Source: a virus
Taxonomy: Duplodnaviria; Caudoviricetes
IMG/VR virus record: IMGVR_UViG_3300025154_000149
Span: 1-48,337 of that record
DNA: 48,337 nucleotides
Direction: 5' to 3' (one strand)
A program made the translations under genes and the position numbers. Shown piece by piece: positions 9,576 to 17,875 of the stretch. Under the pieces are notes generated by a model. That model saw only the letters and a program-made list of their open reading frames with translations. It was not told the DNA's origin and made no database searches. Position 1 is the first letter of the stretch; every line of letters begins with the position of its first letter.

Positions 9576-10085
9576 TTAGACAGTATTTAAATAATGTTTT
9601 TTCTTACTGAAATTCAAGAAGTTATCGTTATTCTCCTTTTTTCTGAATCTGTAAAAATCTTTTATTAATGCATTCCTGGTAATATTTTCGGGATTAATGC
9701 TTTTTATTTCCATAAAACGGTCAACGGCATCAATAAAATCTATTCCGCTGCGCATGGCATCCTGAATATATTCAACTAAGCGTGCAGTAAAATGCGCTCT
9801 TATTTTTTTACAGAAAATTCGCTGAGAATTAATACTTAGGTAGTTCCTCGATCTTACGTTTAAGTCATTATAATAGGGCAAAATAATTTCCATGCCTTCC
9901 GTATTTTTATTAGCCACTTCATAATTCTGTGGCTGTGGTGCAAGAAGTTCATGTATTAATTTACCAGGATAAATGTTTAGTGAGGCAGTTAATTTTCCAA
10001 ATTCAACATAATCGGGATATTGGCCAAGAAGGAAATCTACCAGATAAGGTTTAATGTTGGTTACGGTAACCGTGAATTCGCTCAT
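9576..10085 (-). CDS. Hypothetical protein, candidate late-gene regulator
   Basis: Start revised to MSEFTV (10085) because a perfect TATCTTTG -7 box lies at 10099-10106; helical C-terminus; sits at early/late boundary; function inferred only. Confidence 0.5.
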   Translation of the reverse strand: MSEFTVTVTNIKPYLVDFLLGQYPDYVEFGKLTASLNIYPGKLIHELLAPQPQNYEVANKNTEGMEIILPYYNDLNVRSRNYLSINSQRIFCKKIRAHFTARLVEYIQDAMRSGIDFIDAVDRFMEIKSINPENITRNALIKDFYRFRKKENNDNFLNFSKKKHYLNTV

Positions 10086-10234
10086 AGATAGTTTCTTACA
10101 AAGATAAAGCTCCACCAAGACATATACAACAGTTTTTTAACATATTGTTAAATTCTTAACACATTTTTTAGCTTTAGAAATTTTGAAGAAAAAAAGCATA
10201 CCCCCCCTAAAGGTGCCAAAAAGTGGCAAAATTC

Positions 10235-10501
10235 TGTAAGATTTAAAAAAAAGCTTCTGTAATGCCCGGTAATTCTACCTTACAAAATTACACAACTGTT
10301 TTTAGCGATTTGTAAGATACTTGATAATGAGATAGTTAAAAACCGTACAACTTTGTAATTTTTTGTAATTATAAAGTTATTAAGACTAAATTAAAATAAT
10401 AATTTTAAAAAATTACAAAATAAAAATCAAGTTGTAAGAAAAATGTAAGACTATAACTAATTGATTTTCTTTAATTTATATTATAAAAATTACATATTAC
10501 A
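10235..10501. repeat. AT-rich cluster of TGTAA/TTACA iteron-like repeats; candidate replication origin
   Basis: About 12 TGTAA(G/T) copies in both orientations within ~270 non-coding bp, downstream of the primase operon. Confidence 0.55.
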
Positions 10502-10610
10502 GTTTTTTTTAATATTTGGGGTTAAAGGGGGAAAGGGCAAAAATGAGCCGCAAAAACTTTTTGTTTGAAGAGCGGTTTAATACGGTATCGCTTCGCGATG
10601 ATTTAATTAA

Positions 10611-10639
10611 AAAAGCCCTGTAAAAATTACAGGGCTTTT
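10611..10639 (-). terminator. Intrinsic terminator ending early/replication operon
   Basis: AAAAGCCCTGTAA-AAA-TTACAGGGCTTTT. Confidence 0.8.
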
Positions 10640-10670
10640 GGTGCTCTTACATTGATTTGTTTGTTAATAA

Positions 10671-10940
10671 TTACGTATGGTGTTTACGAACGGGTTTATT
10701 GTCGCTTAAATTATAAAACGCTTCGTGCTCTTCGAGCTTGGCGAGTTCTGTTTTAAGGTACTTCTTTATCCTGGCGCGTTGATTGTCTGTTAGCTCGCTT
10801 ATTCTAATATTGTCAAGTATCTTTTCAACTACCGGCCACCTGAAGGGCATGGCTGTATCGTTTATGTTTTTAATTATCTCGTCGATATCAATTATTGCTT
10901 CCACTTCCTGATCTACCAGGCCTTTTACTTTAATTTCCAT
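10671..10940 (-). CDS. Hypothetical protein
   Basis: 89-aa ORF in operon. Confidence 0.55.
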   Translation of the reverse strand: MEIKVKGLVDQEVEAIIDIDEIIKNINDTAMPFRWPVVEKILDNIRISELTDNQRARIKKYLKTELAKLEEHEAFYNLSDNKPVRKHHT

Positions 10941-10951
10941 GTTATATAGTG

Positions 10952-11194
10952 TTAATAGTTATCGTATGCAAATTTTACATTAAACAGGGTTTTTATATTT
11001 CCGTGGTTTTTCACTCCATTATAGCTCTTGCCTCTTTCGTTGGCAAAATCAGGTATGGTGGCCATATTTAAATACCTGCCATTTAGTTCAATATTTTGCA
11101 GTAAAAATTCGTTTGAAAGCTCCCCATTATATATGAGCTCTTCAATTCTGTTAAGTATTTTTTGCTCTTTTTCAGACAGTTGCATGTGGTTCAT
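10952..11194 (-). CDS. Hypothetical protein, possible HTH
   Basis: TIPDFANERGKSYNGV resembles an HTH segment. Confidence 0.5.
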   Translation of the reverse strand: MNHMQLSEKEQKILNRIEELIYNGELSNEFLLQNIELNGRYLNMATIPDFANERGKSYNGVKNHGNIKTLFNVKFAYDNY

Positions 11195-11227
11195 TATATT
11201 GAATTGGTGTTAGTAGGTAGTTAGCGT

Positions 11228-11416
11228 TCATTTGCCAACGCTCGGATAATCCTGTCTTAATAATAATCCAGTTTCATCATTAAAATATTCCTTACAAGCG
11301 GTGCATTTGAATTTTTGCAACGACCATATATATAATGCTCTTTTTTTACCGCAGATTGGGCATTTTTGCCAAAGCATTGCACCGCTTCCCCATCCACTAC
11401 CTTTAGTTCTTGCCAT
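11228..11416 (-). CDS. Small zinc-ribbon protein (cassette 1)
   Basis: CPIC...CTAC; stop codon abuts the GTTAGCGTT core. Confidence 0.6.
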   Translation of the reverse strand: MARTKGSGWGSGAMLWQKCPICGKKRALYIWSLQKFKCTACKEYFNDETGLLLRQDYPSVGK

Positions 11417-11453
11417 TTTATTTGCTGTTTCAACCGCCCACGCTCAAAAACGA

Positions 11454-11554
11454 AACGCTAACAAGCGGTATAGTTAATGTGCCTTTGAAAGCTTTTAGTA
11501 AATTGACAGGCAGGAGGTAGGCACACATAACCATACCGCCAGCCGTTGTGGTGC
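11454..11554 (+). repeat. attC-like site A
   Basis: AACGCTAAC..GCGGTAT.GTTA.TGTGCC / GGCACA..TAAC.ATACCGC.....GTT. Confidence 0.7.
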
Positions 11555-11556
11555 AT

Positions 11557-11838
11557 TTAGAATTGACGTACCAAAATAACATCAGGCATTTTTAAATCTA
11601 ATGGTTCTTTACACTGTCTATTAATTCTCAAAAATTCAGACCTAAATAACCCGTAAGTATATTCGTAATTAACAACTTCTTCAACTACTATTATTTCAGT
11701 ATCATCATCCATTTGGTTTGCCCAAAATGGAGATTTTAAAGAATGCTCCTCTATAAATGAAGCTTTTTTGCCCTTGCATATTTTTTTTGCTAAAGTTGTT
11801 TTACCCTCACCAGGTTTTCCTTGAATTGTAATTATCAT
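11557..11838 (-). CDS. Miniature P-loop NTPase (cassette 2)
   Basis: GKPGEGKT Walker A, IIVVEE Walker B-like; the MLWCVF extension in the ORF track is the attC core read antisense. Confidence 0.6.
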   Translation of the reverse strand: MIITIQGKPGEGKTTLAKKICKGKKASFIEEHSLKSPFWANQMDDDTEIIVVEEVVNYEYTYGLFRSEFLRINRQCKEPLDLKMPDVILVRQF

Positions 11839-11847
11839 AATAAAAAC

Positions 11848-11984
11848 GCACCACAACACAGTATAAAATCAAGCGGGGCTGTAGTGTCTTTTTGACCGCT
11901 TCGGCTGTTTAAGTTAGTTTTAGCTATCGGGAAGGTGTTTGCCGTTCATTCCCCGCCAGCTTTTATACTCGTCACGTTATAAAA
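11848..11984 (+). repeat. attC-like site B
   Basis: GCACCACAAC..AGTATAAAA....GCGGGG / CCCCGC....TTTTATACT......GTT. Confidence 0.75.
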
Positions 11985-12048
11985 CATTAAAACGATTTTA
12001 CAACACGTGCTATAATTAATGGCGGGTACAGTGCAATTAATCAACATC

Positions 12049-12255
12049 CTACAAGTTGTTTTTATTTTTTTGCCCGCCCGCTTCGTCTGCTAAGGCAGTC
12101 GTTTGGATTTCAGTCTGCCAGGTTTCGATGTGCTTAACAAGGCTTGTAATTTCTGCCTTGTATTTTTCAGGTATTCGATTTTTCCTAATATTCATCCGAG
12201 AACCGGAAAGGAGCCTTGAAAGCTCCCCCCAGTTGATTAAATCTTTTGCGCTCAT
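12049..12255 (-). CDS. Small putative DNA-binding protein (candidate autorepressor of the nested operon)
   Basis: INWGELSRLLSGSR HTH-like; ATG at 12255 overlaps upstream stop (ATGA). Confidence 0.5.
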   Translation of the reverse strand: MSAKDLINWGELSRLLSGSRMNIRKNRIPEKYKAEITSLVKHIETWQTEIQTTALADEAGGQKNKNNL

Positions 12256-12425
12256 TCCATTTTCCAATTTACTGATTCTGAAATTGCTTCGTCTAACGTA
12301 AATTGGTTTTTAGGGTAAATTGATTCTCCTAATCCTAATTTTAAATCAATGTAAAAGTTTTCTTCATCTTGCATTATTTCAGCATTTTCAAAACCCTTGA
12401 TTGTTTTTTCGATTTTAGTTTTCAT
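12252..12425 (-). CDS. 57-aa hypothetical protein (below ORF-track cutoff)
   Basis: Hand translation MKTKIEKTIKGFENAEIMQDEENFYIDLKLGLGESIYPKNQFTLDEAISESVNWKME; ATGA coupling. Confidence 0.6.
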   Translation of the reverse strand: MKTKIEKTIKGFENAEIMQDEENFYIDLKLGLGESIYPKNQFTLDEAISESVNWKME

Positions 12426-12444
12426 TTGTTTTGATTTTTTAATA

Positions 12445-12630
12445 TTACCATTTATACATAAAGTCGTATTGTTTTTTTGCTTCTTCCAAGGCTACTTCAC
12501 CAAATTCAACAACAATTTTTTCAGAAATAAAAGAGAAAGAAACTTCTCCGTTTTCATCCATATTGTCCATTACTAATTTTTCAACTCTTCCTTGAATTTT
12601 TGTTCTTGTGATAATGTCTATAGTTGTCAT
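12445..12630 (-). CDS. Hypothetical protein, first gene of nested operon
   Basis: 61 aa, directly downstream of a consensus-like promoter. Confidence 0.55.
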   Translation of the reverse strand: MTTIDIITRTKIQGRVEKLVMDNMDENGEVSFSFISEKIVVEFGEVALEEAKKQYDFMYKW

Positions 12631-12663
12631 TGTCGTATGTTTTAATTGTTATTAATTATGAAG

Positions 12664-12725
12664 TAAAGATAACCACGTTTGTGGCAATCACCAAATATTT
12701 ATGTAATTATTTTCCACATTTGTGG
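12664..12725 (-). promoter_or_regulatory. Bacteroidota sigma-type promoter with two palindromic operators
   Basis: TTTG (12692-95)-N20-TATCTTTA (12664-71); CCAC-N4-GTGG at 12673-84 and 12714-25. Confidence 0.7.
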
Positions 12726-12856
12726 TTATTTATTTTAATTCTAAATAAGAACAAAGAAAAAGCCCGCCCTAAAAAAAATAAAAACAGGGAACGGTAGTAT
12801 TTCAATCAAGGTTTCCGGGTTCAGTCCGCCACTAATCATAGCACCACCGTTATCGG

Positions 12857-13189
12857 TCATAGGCTGCTAAGCCATTCTGCCACCTTTAAACTTTTTTCTG
12901 TTTCAGAATCTACCAATTCATTTAACTTGTCATTCCTTTCCATGTATGGATCTACTTCACGGTTTTTAAGCATTGCACATAAGTTTTTTACAGGAGAGAG
13001 TTTATTCCTTATATCCGCAGCCAACGAAACGTCAACATTCAATAAAGCACATTGGTCGTGCGCTTTACAAAGCAATGCGTCTATTTTACTGGCTTCTTCT
13101 TCAAGCCAATCTTTGTCAATTTTCATTAACTCAACCCTTAATGATGTCAGCTTTTCAATAGCCTCATCTAATGTTTTTTGTATTTCCAT
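12857..13189 (-). CDS. Hypothetical protein spanning the left arm of attC-like site D
   Basis: ORF begins in the hairpin loop and reads through the arm (CALLNVDVS). Confidence 0.55.
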   Translation of the reverse strand: MEIQKTLDEAIEKLTSLRVELMKIDKDWLEEEASKIDALLCKAHDQCALLNVDVSLAADIRNKLSPVKNLCAMLKNREVDPYMERNDKLNELVDSETEKSLKVAEWLSSL

Positions 13190-13221
13190 AATCAACGTGC
13201 TTTATTTTTTACGTTATATCG
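13028..13221 (+). repeat. attC-like site D
   Basis: AAC....AATAAAGCAC (13041-50) / GTGCTTTATT (13197-206)......GTT (13213). Confidence 0.6.
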
Positions 13222-13597
13222 CAATCGCTCCGGGCATTGGAGTAACTGAAATATCCAAATAATACTGGCTATCTTCGAACCTTACCCATTCGCCATGCCT
13301 GTCTCCTCTATTAAGGCTAATAACATACGCATGTCTTCCTCCTGGTAAGGTTGTAAATGTAACTTCTTTGTTTTGGCTGGTTAATTCAACACCTGTTAAG
13401 TATTGTTGAAATTCCTTGATCATAAGTTGTTCTTTAGTAAAACAACATTCATTTGTCCAGGGAATTGCAATTAAATCTAAGTCGCGATTCATTGATCCGT
13501 GAACAACTAAGTTATATCCATATTCCATTGCAATGTTTTTCATTTGTTCGTAAAACATGGCGTATAATCCGGGTTTGAAATGTTTTGGCTTTTGCAT
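13214..13597 (-). CDS. Minimal nucleotidyltransferase-fold protein
   Basis: hHGSMNRDLDL fits the pol-beta superfamily GS-x-DxD motif with short spacing; stop codon lies in the GTTA core. Confidence 0.55.
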   Translation of the reverse strand: MQKPKHFKPGLYAMFYEQMKNIAMEYGYNLVVHGSMNRDLDLIAIPWTNECCFTKEQLMIKEFQQYLTGVELTSQNKEVTFTTLPGGRHAYVISLNRGDRHGEWVRFEDSQYYLDISVTPMPGAIAI

Positions 13598-13615
13598 TGT
13601 ATAATTATTTAAGGT

Positions 13616-13798
13616 TTATTCAGAATATTGATATCCGCATATGCCACACTTGAAGTAAGTATGATTGTGATCGCTGCCTTTGTATATAGGAACATGCTGG
13701 CAAATGTCCTGCAAAGCTTTTATTGCGGTATTAATTTTAATGAGCCTTTCGGTAAGAGCCTGCTCTTCGTTTTTTAGCATTTCAATTTGATGTTTCAT
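13616..13798 (-). CDS. Small coiled-coil/zinc-finger protein
   Basis: CQH...CGICG. Confidence 0.5.
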   Translation of the reverse strand: MKHQIEMLKNEEQALTERLIKINTAIKALQDICQHVPIYKGSDHNHTYFKCGICGYQYSE

Positions 13799-14234
13799 AT
13801 TAAACTATTAGTTGGGTGAAGTAGTAGTTTTTTATATCCAATAACCGGCATTGTTTTTTAAGTGCTTTTTCATTCAATGATTTTAGCACTATGGTTTTTT
13901 GCTTTCTCTTTTTATCCAGATAAAACACAATGAACTTTCTTTTCATAATATTCTACTTTTTAATTGTTGTTTCATTTTTAACCGCGAATGATTGCTTGCT
14001 GTTGTGTAATTTAATGTCGATGGCCAGGATTATTATAAAAATGATAAGCAGCACGGCATTAAAATACAGTATTTCAATTATTAGCTTGCGCTGTTGCCGG
14101 TCGTGAAGCTTTTCAATATCGTGCATGTTTTTATATGTTGTTTAGGTTTAAAATTTCATCCAGATGTAAGGGTTCATCCTGAATATTTGATTCTCGTAAG
14201 GTTATTTTTAGTTTCATTACTTAATTTTGAAAAA

Positions 14235-17222
14235 TTAAAACGGCATCGCATCTTCTTCTTCAGTACTAAGTAAAGCTTGCCCCGGTTTTGATGCTATATA
14301 AAAACATTCTTCGGTTTGTCCGGTTGAGTTTAGATGTTTTGTTATGCGCCTTAACTCCCGGTTTGCATCGCCATTGCAAAAACTTAGCGGATTAAACTCG
14401 TATCCATAATATTCGCAATACGCCTGTACTGATGTTTTAAATTGCGTTGACTTGTATTTTGATGCCTGGGCACTGGTTAATAATTTTTTAAATTCATTCA
14501 TTGCCTGGCTTTTTATAATGAAGGTATCGAGGTAGCCTGATTCGGGTGGCGAAACGAGTTCCTTATAATCGTCAGGTCGTTTAACAAAATAGGTGTTTGC
14601 CCAAATCCAGAATTCTTCACCTTTGCCAACTCCGTGTGTCATTTGTCGGCGCAATTGTCGTTTTTCAAGATTTTCCATGGGTGGCATAATCTTAAAAAAG
14701 CGCATGTTTAGTTGAATGCAATAGGCTGCCAGGTTAAAAAATTTGTTCCATTCTTCGTCGGTGAAATCGTCGTATAAACGGCGGCCAAATTTCATTAATG
14801 GCGTGCGGGTTTCAATATAATCGTTGTATTTTGTGCGCTCGTGGTAATAATCGGAAATACCGCAATTAAGCACACGTGCTATGGTTGAGCTGTCGGTATT
14901 GTGCAATTCAAAATTTGTTGATATGAGCATTTTTCCACTATCGGGATATTCCAATATTTCACTTGATATGTGTTTTGCATTTACTTCGCGTTTACCGGTA
15001 ATTTGTGTATAAAAGAAATTGAAGTTTACGTATTCGTCCATGTCGTCGACTTCAATGATGTTGTGAAATTTGGTAAAGCCATCGTATATAAACTGGTTTT
15101 CGGTAAGGTTTGGCCTTCGTCCACCAATATAAAACGACGGGCGTATAAACCCAAAACCTTGCGTAAGTACGCTTTTGCCACTTCGCCCGGATGATTTGCC
15201 AACCTGGCTAATAAGCATATCCTGTAAAAGGGCTAACCATGGTTTTCCGGGATCCTTATATTGGGTTATCATGTAACCAAAAACATACATGAGGTTTGCC
15301 AATAGCAATTTTTCTTCCTGTTTTTCGGTAAGGGTAAGCGTTTGCTTTTTCTCCAGTTCTTTACGCCAATGTATGCGGGCCAGATCGAGAAGGAAACGAA
15401 CAAAAATAAATTCTTCGTCGTTTATGGTTATCTCGAATTTATCGATATCAGGAAGCTGGCCAATTTTAATATTGATGGCTTCGCGCTCGTCTGATTTTTT
15501 TGCTTGTGCCAGTTGATCAAGAAGATCTTGGTAATGTGCGGAAGCATTTACTTCAATTAACGGTTTTTCGATAAGCGATGCATTATGACTTATGAAGTGC
15601 GATATGCGTTTGTTGTTTATTTCAAGATTACCGAGAATATGATTTTCGAGCTCTTCATGCTTAATGCGTTCAATTTTTTCGTTGGTAATTTTTAAGGCTA
15701 CGTTTTTAAACACCAGAGTTTCGTATTTACTGTTGTAGTTTTTAAAGCCTGGTTCAATACGTTCAAGATTATCGGCTAAATCGCTTTCGGTAATTTGATT
15801 ACTACCGTTTAGTTTATTAAGGATGCTTATTTCATCCATAAGATTTTTGCTTTTTATCCAATCTTTAGTGAAGCGTTTTACAATTTTCTTCATGTCGTCG
15901 GGATGGATAAGATCAATAAGCTTGCCTTCAACACGGGCGTAACAGTACCCGGCGCGTTTATGGTATTTGCTGTCCATGGTAAAAAACCCGTTGAGCCGTA
16001 GAAAATAATAGAAAAACTCCATGTTTATGGTATAGTTTATTTTGGTTTTTCCGTTACGTTCGTCAAGTGATTTTGACCAGAATTTAGCGGGTTTGGCACG
16101 GCGTTTAAGCACTAAGAATTTACGCAGCGTGCTGTCCCAATTGTTGCCGTAAACATTTATGAAGTCTTTTACATCTTTACAGCGATTGCCCCGCCAGTCT
16201 TTTTTATAGCCCATATAATCGGGCAGTTCAATGGTAAAAAGATTGATGTGCTGCAAGGCAAGTTTTTGCGATGCCTGGCGACCGGTTTCGTCCATGTCCA
16301 TAACCTGGTAATGATTTTCGCAAAGGGCATCAACCTGTTTATACTGCTCGTAATCGTAACCGGCTGTTTCGCTGTTTAGCCAATAAACATGAAAATTGAG
16401 GCTGGCCACGTTTAGTGCATCGCTTTCGCCTGAGCAACGGATCATGTCCTTAATTTTTGGCTGTTTGTAATCTTTATCTTCGCCATTGTAATTGTAATTT
16501 CCGTCTTCGTCGTAATATTCGTTATCGGCATTTTCGAGCTGTTCAAGTCCATATATATAGTTTTTAGGCTTTTCGCCAATATATACAAAGCGGTTTTTCT
16601 TCTCCGGATCTAGCGGGCGGTATAGTTTTTTGAACTTGCCATAATCGAATACAAAAATAGGGTAATGCTCGTTAGCTTCGAATATATGAACTACATCGCG
16701 ATTAAGTTTTTTTGAATTTCCGCAATATTCATATTTTTCAACTGTACGGCAATGAAACCTATCGAGTATTTCTTTTGTAATGTAACGCCCTATTGAATGA
16801 AGATCGGTTTCTGAAGGAGTGGTTTTGTAAGTAAAATTGTATTCTCCTTTTTTGTCGGTTTTATCCATTTCGCGAAAAGCATACCCGGGCTTGTAAGATG
16901 GTTTTACAAACTGTCCGGCTTCAATGGTACGGCCAACAATAACATCCTGAATAAACTTAAGGGCATCGATATAAACAAGGTTTTCGTTCCATTTTACAAA
17001 GTCGACACAATCGAGCCCGTTCACCTGATCCTGGTTGCCAAAATCGGTAATTCGGTACAAGCCTTTATACCAACTTACCCTGGCTGACGCGGTTTTTTCG
17101 TTTTTCCGGATTTTAAACGCATGTTTTGAGTTTCCGAAATCAACTTCAGGGAAATAATACTTAAATACATCAAGCCCATTATTGGTGGCTTTGTAAACTT
17201 CGTTCTGATCGATATATGTCAT
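14235..17222 (-). CDS. DNA primase-helicase (TOPRIM plus C-terminal P-loop NTPase)
   Basis: CSGESDALNV and DMDETG TOPRIM motifs; SSGRSGKS Walker A; IIEVDD Walker B; 995 aa. Confidence 0.8.
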   Translation of the reverse strand: MTYIDQNEVYKATNNGLDVFKYYFPEVDFGNSKHAFKIRKNEKTASARVSWYKGLYRITDFGNQDQVNGLDCVDFVKWNENLVYIDALKFIQDVIVGRTIEAGQFVKPSYKPGYAFREMDKTDKKGEYNFTYKTTPSETDLHSIGRYITKEILDRFHCRTVEKYEYCGNSKKLNRDVVHIFEANEHYPIFVFDYGKFKKLYRPLDPEKKNRFVYIGEKPKNYIYGLEQLENADNEYYDEDGNYNYNGEDKDYKQPKIKDMIRCSGESDALNVASLNFHVYWLNSETAGYDYEQYKQVDALCENHYQVMDMDETGRQASQKLALQHINLFTIELPDYMGYKKDWRGNRCKDVKDFINVYGNNWDSTLRKFLVLKRRAKPAKFWSKSLDERNGKTKINYTINMEFFYYFLRLNGFFTMDSKYHKRAGYCYARVEGKLIDLIHPDDMKKIVKRFTKDWIKSKNLMDEISILNKLNGSNQITESDLADNLERIEPGFKNYNSKYETLVFKNVALKITNEKIERIKHEELENHILGNLEINNKRISHFISHNASLIEKPLIEVNASAHYQDLLDQLAQAKKSDEREAINIKIGQLPDIDKFEITINDEEFIFVRFLLDLARIHWRKELEKKQTLTLTEKQEEKLLLANLMYVFGYMITQYKDPGKPWLALLQDMLISQVGKSSGRSGKSVLTQGFGFIRPSFYIGGRRPNLTENQFIYDGFTKFHNIIEVDDMDEYVNFNFFYTQITGKREVNAKHISSEILEYPDSGKMLISTNFELHNTDSSTIARVLNCGISDYYHERTKYNDYIETRTPLMKFGRRLYDDFTDEEWNKFFNLAAYCIQLNMRFFKIMPPMENLEKRQLRRQMTHGVGKGEEFWIWANTYFVKRPDDYKELVSPPESGYLDTFIIKSQAMNEFKKLLTSAQASKYKSTQFKTSVQAYCEYYGYEFNPLSFCNGDANRELRRITKHLNSTGQTEECFYIASKPGQALLSTEEEDAMPF

Positions 17223-17527
17223 ATTTTCTTTAACAGGATATATTCAACATTCTGGATTTTATTAAACTCTGTGTAACGCTTAAGCATTACGTTTTGCAAT
17301 TGGCTGCCGGTAATTCCATAAGCCAGTTTTGACAACGAATCGGGAAGGAAGTGTATAGGATATGTCCAGATGTCGTGTATTTCTGCCTTTATTATGTCTT
17401 CGGTTTTGGGGTCTTTAAGCTCAATAACCTCATTGTTATTTATGCGTTCAAATTTACTGAGGCTGTTTTCGGGCAGGGCAATACAAAAGAAGTTGCTCTT
17501 TGGGATGCCGTGAGAAATTTGTTTCAT
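17219..17527 (-). CDS. Hypothetical protein coupled to primase
   Basis: 102 aa, ATGA overlap. Confidence 0.55.
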   Translation of the reverse strand: MKQISHGIPKSNFFCIALPENSLSKFERINNNEVIELKDPKTEDIIKAEIHDIWTYPIHFLPDSLSKLAYGITGSQLQNVMLKRYTEFNKIQNVEYILLKKI

Positions 17528-17578
17528 ATCTGGTTAATTTAATTAATGGGTAAATAGCTAATGTTGTATAAGGTTATT

Positions 17579-17875
17579 TCAAGTGAACTCGTAGTATTCG
17601 TTATCACCCTTGATTATTGTTGTGAATGGAAATTTGTTTTCAGGTACTTTTTTTATCATTTGTATTAAAACAATTGATCCTGTAAATACAATTCTCTTTT
17701 CTCCTGATTTCTCAATTTGAAGCGTTAACAATTCAGTTCCAGCTTTTTGTTTTGAGGGTTCTATTTTAAATGCAATAACTGTTATTTGTAAATTAAACAG
17801 TCTTGATATGGATATTTTTTCTCCAACAAAAGAGCTTATATTTGGCTTTATTCCAAAGTCTTTAAATTGATGCAT
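17579..17875 (-). CDS. 98-aa protein overlapping the RT stop; candidate DGR accessory factor
   Basis: 14-nt overlap with RT; beta-strand pattern unlike all-helical Avd. Confidence 0.55.
   Translation of the reverse strand: MHQFKDFGIKPNISSFVGEKISISRLFNLQITVIAFKIEPSKQKAGTELLTLQIEKSGEKRIVFTGSIVLIQMIKKVPENKFPFTTIIKGDNEYYEFT

Larger units (their letters stand above)
11996..12857 (+). repeat. attC-like site C with ~800-bp gene-bearing loop
   Basis: Left arm GTGCTATAATTAATGGCGG (12007-12025) pairs with right arm CCGCCACTAATCATAGCAC (12826-12844), followed by GTT at 12849. Confidence 0.65.
11220..13221 (+). mobile_element. Integron-like gene cassette array (attC-like sites, no IntI)
   Basis: Cassette ends GTT.../...AAC are reverse complements (11220/11454, 11545/11848, 11976/11996, 12849/13028), each followed by an imperfect hairpin ending in the next GTT. 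Confidence 0.7.

Noticed and set aside
9503-10501. CRISPR array
   Set aside because: Repeats are 5-6 bp with no 23-47 bp repeat/spacer periodicity, and no cas genes
13598-14234. Continuation of the attC-like array beyond site D
   Set aside because: No reverse complement of GTTATATCGC or matching hairpin found by eye; only short ORFs, so the array appears to end or decay here
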